From: Streptomyces finlayi
Lineage (GTDB): Bacteria > Actinomycetota > Actinomycetes > Streptomycetales > Streptomycetaceae
Direction of reading: 5' to 3'
Length of the DNA stretch: 24,000 bases
Assembly (NCBI RefSeq): GCF_014216315.1
Contig: NZ_CP045702.1
Location: 7,614-31,613, forward strand
Shown here: positions 7,980-16,648 of the stretch, piece by piece
How positions within the stretch are numbered: position 1 is the stretch's first letter
How the letters are laid out: each line of letters starts with the position of its first letter
Notes under the pieces: generated by a model
Told to the model about the DNA's origin: nothing
Databases searched by the model: none
Seen by the model: the letters and a program-made list of their open reading frames with translations, nothing else
Program-made: the position numbers and the translations under genes

Positions 7980-9035
7980 TCAGGCGTCCGCCCAGGTGTG
8001 TCCGGCCCGCTCCAGTCGTCCTCGGCCCGCGGCCAGATGGGTCAGGGCGCGGGGAAGATCACTCAACGGCTCGCAGAGGGCCTGGACCGCCAGGTCCAGG
8101 CCGGCCGGCGGTATACCGCGGTGGGCCAGCACACCGGCGAGGAACAGCAGGAAGTCGGTGAACACGCGCGGGTCGTCGACGAAGACACCCGCGGCGAGGA
8201 AATCCACCAGGAACCCCAGGTCCTCGACAGCGGCCTCGTACCGGTCGTCGGCGCACCGGCCCATCGGCGGGAAGTGCCGGCGCAGGTGGTCGGCCAGGTG
8301 CCGCAGAAGCTCACCGCGACGGCTGACGAGTTGGGTGTACTCCCCGTCAGCCAGGTGGTCCAGTGCGGGCTCCCCGGACAGCGGCGGCGGCCACTGTCCC
8401 ACCAGCAGGTCCGCGGCGTCCACCGCGGTGCGCGCGTAGAGGTCGGCACCCAGCGCACGGGCCCAGATGCCGTCCGGTCCGAAGCCGGCGCCACCGACCA
8501 TGACCGGGACACGCGCCAGTCGGCACGCCTCGATCGTGTGGTACACCCGGGGCAGGCGCACCGCCAGCATGCACGACAGGACGATCAGATCAGAGCCGTT
8601 CTGATGGAGATACGAGATCAGGTGTGCCGTGGGTACCCCGGCACCGAGGAACCGCACCGTGAAGCCGCGCAGTCGCAGCACCTCCGCAACAATGTGGGCG
8701 GGCAGGGTGTGCCATTCGCCGTCCGGACAGGCCACCACGACGCTCCCGAGAGGATGGTCGGGGACCGCTGTCGCGGCGGCGAGTGCGGAGACTGCCCGGT
8801 TGCTGACATGGGTGGCCGCGTGTTCCTGGGCCACACTCCACTCGTTGGTCACCCAGTGCTCGCCAACCGCTGCCTGGGCGGGTGCGATCAGGCCGAGCAG
8901 CACGTCCTCGGCGCTGACGCCGCTGGCGAGAAGTTCCAGGACGAGTGCCACGGCGGCGGTCTCGTCCGCTCGGGCCAGGTGGTCGTCGAAGGCCGTGCGG
9001 ACACTCTCGATGGCGTCGGAGCGCTCGGCGGTCAC
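7980..9035 (-). CDS. cobalamin (B12)-binding domain protein, CarH-type photoreceptor-like module without DNA-binding domain
   Basis: 351-aa GTG-start ORF. Helical bundle with exact Wx9EH (HWVTNEWSVAQEH), then Rossmann B12-binding domain VVVACPDGEWHTLPAHIVAEVLRLRGFTVRFLG...DLIVLSC...PVMVGG, then a ~130-aa extra helical C-terminal domain. GTGA overlap with the upstream PP2C stop. Confidence 0.88.
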   Translation of the reverse strand: MTAERSDAIESVRTAFDDHLARADETAAVALVLELLASGVSAEDVLLGLIAPAQAAVGEHWVTNEWSVAQEHAATHVSNRAVSALAAATAVPDHPLGSVVVACPDGEWHTLPAHIVAEVLRLRGFTVRFLGAGVPTAHLISYLHQNGSDLIVLSCMLAVRLPRVYHTIEACRLARVPVMVGGAGFGPDGIWARALGADLYARTAVDAADLLVGQWPPPLSGEPALDHLADGEYTQLVSRRGELLRHLADHLRRHFPPMGRCADDRYEAAVEDLGFLVDFLAAGVFVDDPRVFTDFLLFLAGVLAHRGIPPAGLDLAVQALCEPLSDLPRALTHLAAGRGRLERAGHTWADA

Positions 9036-9448
9036 TGCGACTGCCCCCCGTCCGTCGGCGCCGCAGGGGCCGCAGCCTGCACGGCCAGAACGGCGAGGTC
9101 GTCATGGTCGCCTCCGGCCAGCCACTGCCCGCTGCGCAGGTCGATACGCTCGGCGACCGCGCCGGCCGGCATGCCGAGGCAGGCGGCCAGGTCGCGCATC
9201 AACCGTCGTTCGCCGTACATCTCCTGCTCCGTCGGCCCGCCGCTCGCCTCGGTCACACCGTCGCTGTACAACAGCAGTAGTTCGCCGGCCGCCAGCCGGA
9301 TCTCCGTCTGGTGGAAGTCCGGGTCGGGCAGGGCGCCGACCAGTGTCCCGCCTATGTGCACTTCCTCCACCGCGCCGTCCTTGCGCAGCACCAGTGGTGG
9401 GAGGTGGCCGCGGCCTCGTCCCGCTCGGCGGCCGCCAGCCACCGCCAC
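9032..9448 (-). pseudogene. PP2C/SpoIIE-family serine phosphatase, C-terminal ~115 aa only (5'-truncated)
   Basis: GHLPPLVLRKDG...AAGELLLLYSDGVTEA...YGERRLMRDL...DHDDLAVLAV matches the last third of the SpoIIE/PP2C domain; the upstream two thirds and any sensor domain are absent, replaced by a transposase HTH stub. Confidence 0.7.
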
Positions 9449-9666
9449 ACCGCACGCTCCCGCACCCCCAGCACGCCCGCCGCCGACCTCACCTGCCCAG
9501 TGGTGAGCTTCCCCTCCCGCCGCAGGGCCAGCAGACGGCGCACCACAGGCCCCCGCAACGCCCGAACCGACACAGCCGGCAAAGCCCCACTCGAATCACC
9601 ACCCGCCCCTTCCGGAGTCGGACCCTGCCATGTCTGATCCACACCCCCGAGCACACCAACACCCAT
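9420..9666 (-). mobile_element. N-terminal helix-turn-helix stub of a transposase/integrase
   Basis: VVRRLLALRREGKLTTGQVRSAAGVLGVRERAVWRWLAAAERD is a typical transposase N-terminal HTH; the reading frame runs straight into the PP2C remnant with no catalytic domain. Confidence 0.5.
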
Positions 9667-9810
9667 CGACCAGCGGATCAGAACTCACGAAACTGAGACA
9701 GCATCACCCCTCACGCGATAACACTCCACGACAGCGATGTCCCATGGATCTCTCACGCCCAGGACAGTGACCCCACACCCCGAAACAACCCATGAGCAGC
9801 AACAACACAC

Positions 9811-9859
9811 CCAGACCCCGCTGTCTCCCACCCCACCGTCCCAAAACCGAGAGATCGCA
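9811..9859. repeat. element-terminus-like repeat, copy A (ends in AAACCGAGAGATCGCA)
   Basis: Shares AxCCCCGCT ... (21-32 nt) ... AAACCGAGAGATCGCA with 12061-12120 in direct orientation; similarity stops exactly after GATCGCA, where the MOSC fragment context begins. Confidence 0.6.
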
Positions 9860-9879
9860 GCCGACCTTCGCCCATCATC

Positions 9880-10140
9880 TCGGGGAGCCGGGGTGGTCCG
9901 GCGGTTCACCCAGCAGGGCGCCACCGGCGCGTATCTGCGGGTGATCGAACCGGGCGCTGTGCGCTCCGGGGACCCTGTCGAGATCGTTCACCGGCCCGAC
10001 ACGAGGTCACCGCCGCCCTGCAGTTCGGGGCCTGACGGCCCAACGCACCCTGTTCCGCGCTGCTGGCTGCCGGGGAGGCGCAGGCGCTGCACCCCGAGGC
10101 GCTGCGCAAGGCGCAGGATTACGCCACGCGGCAGGGCTGA
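9880..10140 (+). pseudogene. MOSC domain protein, C-terminal fragment with frameshifts
   Basis: VVRRFTQQGATGAYLRVIEPGAVRSGDPVEIVHRPD then, in other frames, HEVTAALQFGA and ALLAAGEAQALHPEALRKAQDYATRQG-stop; N-terminal part missing. Confidence 0.55.
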
Positions 10141-10319
10141 GAGCGGGCGGCCGTTCCGTGCAGGGGAAGCGGCGGGTCCGGTCCCGTGACGTGGCGTCAT
10201 CCGTTGCGAGGTCCCGGGGCACTGCGGCGGGAACTGGATCGGTGCGCGGCGCGTCCACCACCAGTGACCGATGCCCGAGGAGAAGTCTTCGAGCCGAGTG
10301 ACGTCTCAGGGGGAAGACC

Positions 10320-11897
10320 ATGCCCGACCCGCAGCAGCCCTGGTACGCCCAGGGCCCGCCGCACCAGCCCGTTCCCGGCAACCCATATGCCTCGGAGGGC
10401 GGGCCCCAGGGGTTCGGGCCGCCGACCGTACCCACACCTCCGCCGCGTCACCGGTTCGGCCGGGGGCCGGTCGTCGCCGCGGTCGTCGCGCTGGTGCTGG
10501 TGGTCGTGGCGGGAGGGGCGTACGCGCTCTCCGACCATTGGCGGGACGAGCCCGCGAAGCCCGTGGCGAAGGAGTCGCCCGGCCCCTCCGGATCGGCGTC
10601 CCCGTCCGGCTCCCCCGCGGCAGGCGGCCCGGAGCTGAGCCACATTCCGACGACGAAGGAGGTCGCCGCCGCCCGGAAACCGGGCGAGTCGGCGGCGTGG
10701 ATCGTCGACGACAAGACCGACCTGCCCAAGCAGATCAACAAGGTCCACGACCTGTGGATCGTCGGTGACACCGCCGTCCAGGCCCTGCACCGGAAGGTCA
10801 CGGCCTACCGGCTCTCGGACGGCGCCGAGGTCTGGAACGTGACGCTGCCCTCCTCCGTGTGCGAGACACCGGCCAACCCGACGCCCGACGGCAGGGTCGT
10901 GGTCTTCCACCACGAGAGGCCGGACAACAATCGGGGCAACCAGTGCAACCAGATGCGGATGATCGATCTGAAGACCGGGGAGCAGGGATGGCGCAAAGAG
11001 CTCGACGAGCCCGGTGACCGGGACAACACGTTCATCGTCAACAGCGCCATCAGCGGCGACACCCTGGCCGTCGCCCGGAACATGGTGGCCATCACCTACC
11101 GGATGGACGACGGGAGCAAGCTCTACGAGATCCCCCGGGAGAACAAGAACAAGTGCGTCCCCGATGACGTGGCGGGCGGCGTTGCCCGGCTGCTGGTCAG
11201 CTCCGACTGCATGATCGCCATCGACCGGAGCAAGAACTACGGCCAGGTGCGCGAGCTCGACCCGCGTTCCGGAAAGGTCCTGTGGCGCTACCGGATGAAG
11301 ACCGGCTGGAGCTTCGGCAGTCTGATCTCCATGGACCCGGTCGTCTTCACCACCTACAACAACGAGGACAGCGCGAGCGACTGGCGGATAACGGTCCTGG
11401 ACCCCGGAGGCAAGCACCGCACCACCTTCGACGCCCGGGACAAGGGCTTCGAGCAGTGCGCCGGAGACGCAGGCGGAAACATCCAGCCCTGCCGGGGCTC
11501 CGGCGTCGGAAAGGGCCTCATCATGCTGGGTGCCACCGACCAGGTCGGCGCGTACGACCTGAAGACCGGGAAGTTCCTGTGGGGCGTCAAGTCCGATGAG
11601 CTGCGCAGGCTGTATCCGCTCCGCGCGGAGGACGGCAAGTCGATGCTCATCTACGAGGGTGCCACTTCGAGCCGCCCCGGCCGGACCTTCGTCATGGGCC
11701 CGCGCGGTGCCGGCACGGAGAAGGACGTCGTGAAGCACCCGGTGGCGACCGCCCCGTACGAGTACGAGATGTCCATGGGGCACACGGCATACGTCGACGG
11801 AAGGCTCGTCCTGACGTCGACGATCGTGAGCGGGGACGAGAAGCGGAAGCCCTGGCGGGAGGCCCGCATACTGTCCTTCGCCCCTGCCGCACCCTGA
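10320..11897 (+). CDS. membrane-anchored PQQ-like (BamB-like) beta-propeller repeat protein
   Basis: 525 aa; Pro-rich N-terminus, single TM VVAAVVALVLVVVAGGAYAL, Ser/Pro linker, repeated D-x-x-T/S-G-x-x-x-W motifs (LSDGAEVWN, LKTGEQGWR, PRSGKVLWR, LKTGKFLWG); GGGGGAAG SD. Confidence 0.85.
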   Translation: MPDPQQPWYAQGPPHQPVPGNPYASEGGPQGFGPPTVPTPPPRHRFGRGPVVAAVVALVLVVVAGGAYALSDHWRDEPAKPVAKESPGPSGSASPSGSPAAGGPELSHIPTTKEVAAARKPGESAAWIVDDKTDLPKQINKVHDLWIVGDTAVQALHRKVTAYRLSDGAEVWNVTLPSSVCETPANPTPDGRVVVFHHERPDNNRGNQCNQMRMIDLKTGEQGWRKELDEPGDRDNTFIVNSAISGDTLAVARNMVAITYRMDDGSKLYEIPRENKNKCVPDDVAGGVARLLVSSDCMIAIDRSKNYGQVRELDPRSGKVLWRYRMKTGWSFGSLISMDPVVFTTYNNEDSASDWRITVLDPGGKHRTTFDARDKGFEQCAGDAGGNIQPCRGSGVGKGLIMLGATDQVGAYDLKTGKFLWGVKSDELRRLYPLRAEDGKSMLIYEGATSSRPGRTFVMGPRGAGTEKDVVKHPVATAPYEYEMSMGHTAYVDGRLVLTSTIVSGDEKRKPWREARILSFAPAAP

Positions 11898-12060
11898 CCG
11901 CCCCGCGGCACCCTGACGGGAAGTAAGGGGCCGCCCCGGCCCGGCCATAGGGACCCGGTCGGGGGTCGCTCAAGGGTCTGCTGCATAGCCGGCAGGCGGT
12001 CGGCCGGAATGGGGTCTGTACAGCGACACCCTCGCCCACACACGACCACTGACCAGCCCC

Positions 12061-12120
12061 AAGAACCCCGCTCAGAACGATCAGCACCGACTCTTACCAA
12101 CACCAAACCGAGAGATCGCA
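12061..12120. repeat. element-terminus-like repeat, copy B (solo)
   Basis: aagaaccccgct...ccaaaccgagagatcgca; identical 16-mer AAACCGAGAGATCGCA at 12105-12120 versus 9844-9859. Confidence 0.6.
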
Positions 12121-12282
12121 CCTCCGTGTGTCGGGCGTCCCCAGTCCCGGACGGGGGATGGAGATCGAGGTGTACGCCGCCGCCGGACGCCCACAGCTTC
12201 ATCCCACCGGCTCGCAGCACGTGTCGCCGCGGACAAACGAGCAGCAGATGCGTGATGCGGCGACTGCCGCGAAGCTGGGGGT

Positions 12283-12462
12283 ATGACTGATCCACTCGTG
12301 CCTCCCGAGGAGACACCGCCTGCCGAAGGCTCCACTGCTGAGGCGCACGAAGAACGTGCCGACGGCGGCCTGTGGGAACATCCGGGCATCTGGGTGTGGC
12401 TGATCATCATCGGCGCCGTCATCGTCGCCGCGTTCTTCATCGCCCGCATGATCTCGTTGTGA
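12283..12462 (+). CDS. small tail-anchored membrane protein (59 aa), absent from the ORF track (below its apparent size cutoff)
   Basis: ATG preceded by GGGGG; MTDPLVPPEETPPAEGSTAEAHEERADGGLWEHPGIWVWLIIIGAVIVAAFFIARMISL; acidic N-terminus plus one clear TM helix; G/C-rich third positions in the TM part. Confidence 0.45.
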   Translation: MTDPLVPPEETPPAEGSTAEAHEERADGGLWEHPGIWVWLIIIGAVIVAAFFIARMISL

Positions 12463-12550
12463 CCTGGGCAGCACCGAGCTGCGCCGGCCCCGCTGGAACC
12501 ACCGGATGCCTCATCGCGGCGAGTTGCCCGGGACACCCCGGGGCTGGCCG

Positions 12551-12769
12551 TCAGCCGGGTACGTCGTCCGAACGCGTCGAGCCGATCCGCGCGTCGTGGC
12601 CCATGCGGGCGCGGGTGCCGATGACGATGCCGTCGGAGGTCGCGGCCGTATGTCGTGCCTTCGCCCGGATCTGCGGTCGCCATTGATTCACCTCGCGCTC
12701 CAGGCGCGGGCGCGCGGCGAGATCCGGTCGTGCTCCCGATCCCAGCGTGACGGCCCGCCGCTCGGGCAC
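12551..12769 (-). pseudogene. possible hexapeptide-repeat (LbH) acyltransferase fragment
   Basis: C-terminal DGIVIGTRARMGHDARIGSTR resembles left-handed beta-helix hexapeptide repeats with high GC3; too short for a functional enzyme. Confidence 0.2.
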
Positions 12770-12784
12770 CGGCGACGCATCCCC

Positions 12785-13486
12785 TCAGTTGGCCTCGCAA
12801 CCGATGCCGTCACCATCGCGGTCGAGGTTGTGCGGGTCGGACGGGCCGACCCAAACGGGACCGGAAAGGTCCTCGCAGTCGACGTCGGGCTCACCCGCGG
12901 GCGGACCGGGCGGGTAGGTGCTCTCGGATTCGTCCGGCGGCGCCGGAGCCTCGACGAGGCGTATGGCGGCGTCAACGATGATCCCGCCCCTGACTGTGTA
13001 AGTACCCTCGTACGACTGCTGGGTCCCATCCGGCCGCAGTACATCGATCGTGACAGTCACGCTCCCTCCCGTGACATCAAGAATGTGAACGGTGTCGCGT
13101 TCAACATCGGCGAACCCCGCTGCGAAGGACGAGTAGGAAGGGTCGCCGAGGTTCTTGCCCCCGAGGTCCCACGCCCGTCGGTAGTCGCGCGCGTTGATGG
13201 CATCGAAGTACGCCTCGACGGTGGAGGCTGCGCCGGTGGGGGCGGGCGGCTCCGGCGTGGTCGGGGCTGGGGGCGGAGGCGGGGTGGGAGTGGCCTTGGG
13301 CGGTGCCGGGGAGGGCGTTGGCTCAGGGGTGAGGGCCTGGGTCTCGGTCCGGGTCTGCGTCCGAGTGACCGTCGGAGTGGCCCCCTGCGGCGTCTCGTCG
13401 CCCTCGGAGCCACAGCCACTGAGCCCTGCCACGGCAACGGCCGCCGCCAGCAGGAAGGCCGAGCCCGAGCAGAGGACGCGGCTCAT
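12785..13486 (-). CDS. lipoprotein with C-terminal Excalibur calcium-binding domain
   Basis: Signal peptide plus lipobox MSRVLCSGSAFLLAAAVAVAGLSGC, Thr/Pro-rich linker, C-terminal DCEDLSGPVWVGPSDPHNLDRDGDGIGCE; GAGG 8 nt upstream of ATG 13486 (ORF open to 13516). Confidence 0.85.
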   Translation of the reverse strand: MSRVLCSGSAFLLAAAVAVAGLSGCGSEGDETPQGATPTVTRTQTRTETQALTPEPTPSPAPPKATPTPPPPPAPTTPEPPAPTGAASTVEAYFDAINARDYRRAWDLGGKNLGDPSYSSFAAGFADVERDTVHILDVTGGSVTVTIDVLRPDGTQQSYEGTYTVRGGIIVDAAIRLVEAPAPPDESESTYPPGPPAGEPDVDCEDLSGPVWVGPSDPHNLDRDGDGIGCEAN

Positions 13487-13526
13487 AGGCATCACCTCAC
13501 GGAGAGGGTCCCGCATTCACTCCAGT

Positions 13527-14224
13527 GTGCGCCGACGGTTTGGGCCGCGCCTGTGGAACCACGCGTCCCGAGGCGGTCGGTGTTTCACCTCGTACCGCGG
13601 CAGAGCCGCATCCGGCCGCTGGAAACGTGAGCGCCGCCTGGCAGCGATGTTCGCCGGCCTGGGACCGCAGGCGGTCGCAGCGGACCGGGCGGATGCGGCT
13701 GATGTCACCGTTGTACTTGATCAGGCCGGCGGCCATGGCGGCGACGCCCTCCGGCTCGCCGCCGAAGGCTGGGACGTCACGGCTGTCGACGTTTCACAAA
13801 CCGCCCTCGGCCGCGTGAGCGCGGGCGCCGCGGCCACCGGCGTCACCAACCGGGTCCACACCTGGCGACACGACCTGGCCGCGACCTTCCCCGACGGCGC
13901 CTACGACCTGGTCACCGCCACCTACTTCCACACCCTGATCGCCATCTCCCGCGCACACGTACTGCGCCGGGCCGCCCAGGCCGTAGCTCCCGGCGGGCTG
14001 CTGATCGTGATCGAACACGCCTCCCTGGGCCCCTGGTCCTGGCGGACCGGCCAGGACATCCAGTTCCCCACCCTCGACGAGGTCATCGCCTCGCTGCAGC
14101 TGAAAGACGCTGGCACGTCGAACGAGGCCACGCTCCCCAGCGCACCGCCACCGGCCCTCAGGGGCAGACGGCGACCGTCCCCGGACCCCGCGCCACCGGA
14201 CGTGCAAGGTTTAGCCGACCGTGA
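13527..14224 (+). pseudogene. class I SAM-dependent methyltransferase, frameshifted and motif-degraded
   Basis: LRLAAEGWDVTAVDVSQTAL...HDLAATFPDGAYDLVTATYFH...VAPGGLLIVIEHAS. The frame breaks at about 14109-14111: LQLKDA, then in the +2 frame WHVERGHAPQRTATGPQGQTATV to the stop at 14224. The glycine-rich SAM loop reads VLDQAGGHGGDA instead of the usual LDxGCGxG. Confidence 0.6.
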
Positions 14225-14291
14225 GGGAGCGCGAACCCCATCGTTTCGGGCGTCCTGGGCCGCAGCAGGGCCCGAAGCGGGGCTTCTTGGG

Positions 14292-15191
14292 TCAGGAGTG
14301 ACGGGATTCGGCGCCCTTGCGGGGCAGGGCTGCCTCGCTCGGCCCGCCGACGTGGGCGAGGAGAGCCAGGGCCGTCGCGGACGGGGACCCCTGGGCGGCC
14401 GTGGCGATCACCACGGCCGGTCCGCTTCCTCGCGGACTCTGGAGTGTCTGCTGGGTGACGGTCAGGTTCCCGACCGCGGGGTGGTGTATCTCGTAGTCGG
14501 CGGCATCGCAGGCCAGGATCCGGTGATCGGCCCACATGGTGGCAAACTCCGGGCTGCGGATGATCAGCTCGCCGACGAGCCCGGCCAGCAGAGGATCCTC
14601 CGGGTACCGGCCGGCGGTGAGGCGCAGGTTGCCGACCACGGCCTTGGCCTTGGCGGGCCAATCGGTATAGAGGTCGCGGGTGTGAGCGTCGAGGAACACC
14701 AGTTTGGCCATGTTCGGCCGACAGCCCGGTTCAGCGGGGCTGCCCCGGTCGAGATGGCCGGCAAACAACGCGTGACCCTGCGTGTTCCAGGCCAGAACGT
14801 CACTGCGGCGGCCCATGACGATGGCGGGGGTGCCTTCGAGTGCGGCGAGCAGCGCGCCGTGAGCCGGGGTGACGCGCTCGGGACGGGGCCGGGGTGCGGC
14901 TTTGCCCCGCTTCGGTGCACGGGCGAGTTCGTACAGATGGGCCCGCTCGGACTCATCCAGGCATAGGGCGGTCGCGATGGCATCGAGTACCTCGCGCGAG
15001 GCGTTGCGTGACTGGCCCTGCTCGAGCCGGGTGTAGTACGGCGCGCTGATGCCCGCGAGCATCGCCAGCTCCTCCCTCCGCAGCCCCGGCACCCGGCGCC
15101 GCTCGCCGTAGGTCTGCAGCCCCACATCCTCGGGACGCAGAAGGCCCCGGCGTGCCTTGAGGAATGCGGCGAGCTGCCCGTGCTTGTCCAT
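14292..15191 (-). CDS. XRE-family HTH regulator with MmyB-like C-terminal domain
   Basis: MDKHGQLAAFLKARRGLLRPEDVGLQTYGERRRVPGLRREELAMLAGISAPYYTRLEQGQSRN is the canonical MmyB-like N-terminus; the 547-aa track ORF extension upstream is antisense to the SRPBCC gene and not credible. Confidence 0.88.
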   Translation of the reverse strand: MDKHGQLAAFLKARRGLLRPEDVGLQTYGERRRVPGLRREELAMLAGISAPYYTRLEQGQSRNASREVLDAIATALCLDESERAHLYELARAPKRGKAAPRPRPERVTPAHGALLAALEGTPAIVMGRRSDVLAWNTQGHALFAGHLDRGSPAEPGCRPNMAKLVFLDAHTRDLYTDWPAKAKAVVGNLRLTAGRYPEDPLLAGLVGELIIRSPEFATMWADHRILACDAADYEIHHPAVGNLTVTQQTLQSPRGSGPAVVIATAAQGSPSATALALLAHVGGPSEAALPRKGAESRHS

Positions 15192-15332
15192 GAACCGAGT
15201 ATGCGCGGCAGATCCTGAGCCGCGCCTCACCCTGCTGGGGTACGGATCCGCAGGGTCTGGCTGCTCCCCGCACCGGCCCTCATGATGAGGCCCACACCCC
15301 CCTTCTGTCGTCTTCATCTGTTGGGATGCCCT

Positions 15333-15863
15333 GTGAGCACTACGACGTTCGAGAGCACCGCCCCCAACCGGCGAGATCCGCTGGCCGGCCTCGATCTGAC
15401 ACCCTTCACCTTCACCAGGCGGTGCTGGGTCGACTCGACGCCGGACTCCGTGTATCAGCTGATCAGCGACGTGTCCCTGATCGAGACGTGGAGCCCTAGC
15501 GCCAGCGCCGTGAGCTATGAGCCGGGAGACGGCCCATGGGTCGGCGCACGGTTCAGCGGACGCAACCGCCGTGACGGGCGCGAATGGGTCACCCACTCCG
15601 AGGTGGTCCAGGCTGATCCAGGTTCCGCGTTCGCCTTCGTCGTCGGCGGAGCCGAGCAAGGCATCGTTCGCTGGAACTGGCACCTCTACGAGCAGGGCGT
15701 TGGCAGCATCGTCCAGCAGTCCTGGCGCCTGTTGCGCACCGACCCGCTCCTGGGCAACGCACCCGCGGACCTCCATGCTTTGCGGGACCACATGGCAAGC
15801 AGTGCGGAGGCCACCCTGCTGTCCCTGGCGGAGTGGATCGCGCGACACCGCACTCAGCGGTAG
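15333..15863 (+). CDS. SRPBCC (START/polyketide cyclase-like) family protein
   Basis: Divergent from the MmyB-like regulator; [24 protein letters not shown]...[20 protein letters not shown] pattern typical of SRPBCC; GTG 15333 (VSTTTFEST) has GGGA upstream, ORF maximum begins at 15282. Confidence 0.8.
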   Translation: MSTTTFESTAPNRRDPLAGLDLTPFTFTRRCWVDSTPDSVYQLISDVSLIETWSPSASAVSYEPGDGPWVGARFSGRNRRDGREWVTHSEVVQADPGSAFAFVVGGAEQGIVRWNWHLYEQGVGSIVQQSWRLLRTDPLLGNAPADLHALRDHMASSAEATLLSLAEWIARHRTQR

Positions 15864-16119
15864 CCGCCCCGGTCCAGGTGGCGCGAGACTGTGAGGACGA
15901 TACGGGTTCACCGCGCGACCCAGCGGCCGCCGCACTCACCGGCGAAGGCTCCCTCCCTGCCCGCAGGGTCCAGATCCATTGCCGGTGAACTGGGACCCAG
16001 TCATCTGCCGCTCGGCCCGTCCAGACGACCACCCGCAAGACCTGATTCGGGGCCGGCGCTGATGAATGGACGACACCGTAGTCATCCCCGTGCACGCCCG
16101 GCTGGGAATACGGATCCCT

Positions 16120-16648
16120 GTCCACGCCGTCAGTGCCTCGTCGAAGCAGGCGTACGCCTCCTCGTCGAAGAACACACGAACCGGACCTCGGCGACCGGAG
16201 GGAACGCGGCCTCGCGGACCGTACGCACAGCGATCCGCGCCCCGCCTCGAGCGGCCAGCCGTAGATGCCCGTCGAGATCGCCGGAAAGGCAACCGTCCGG
16301 GCTCCCAGCTCCGAGGCCACCCGCAGGGATTCCCGGTAGCAGGAGGCCAGCAACACGGAACAATCCCCCGTACGCGACCAGACCGGGCCCACCGTGTGGA
16401 CGACGTGCTCCGCGTGCAGCCGGCCGGCCGTCGTCGCCACCGCCTGCCCGGTCGGCAGTCCCTTGCCGTAGTGCGAGGCCCGCAGGTCGCGGCAGGCGGC
16501 AAGGATCTCGGGTCCACCGCGCCGGTGGATCGCGCCGTCCACCCCACCACCACCGAGAAGGAAAGGAGTTGGCGGCGTTGACCAGGACGTCGGCGTGCTG
16601 CTCGGTGATGTCCCCGCGTACAAGGGTGAACGCCGGCCGTGCCGTCAT
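16120..16648 (-). pseudogene. MacroD-type macrodomain (ADP-ribose/O-acetyl-ADP-ribose hydrolase), three frameshifts
   Basis: Frame 1: [28 protein letters not shown]. +1 shift: [26 protein letters not shown]...VVHTVGPVW...[17 protein letters not shown]. -1 shift in a G run: [22 protein letters not shown]. -1 shift: [14 protein letters not shown]. Confidence 0.8.

Noticed and set aside
7953-9696. 517-aa and 355-aa plus-strand ORFs opposite the B12-binding and PP2C genes
   Set aside because: Antisense shadows with Arg/Pro-rich translations; the minus-strand genes carry the Wx9EH, Rossmann and PP2C motifs.
10197-11948. 583-aa minus-strand ORF opposite the beta-propeller gene
   Set aside because: Shadow ORF; the plus-strand gene has TM, linker and repeated propeller motifs, whereas the antisense translation is featureless and Arg/Gly-rich.
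13194-14966. 590-aa plus-strand ORF spanning lipoprotein, methyltransferase and regulator regions
   Set aside because: Only its middle part (about 13527-14108) is the methyltransferase frame; the rest is antisense to the lipoprotein and MmyB-like genes.
15192-15935. N-terminal 248-aa extension of the 547-aa ORF containing the MmyB-like regulator
   Set aside because: The extension is antisense to the SRPBCC gene and has no protein-like features; the family N-terminus begins at MDKHGQLAAFLKARR (15191).
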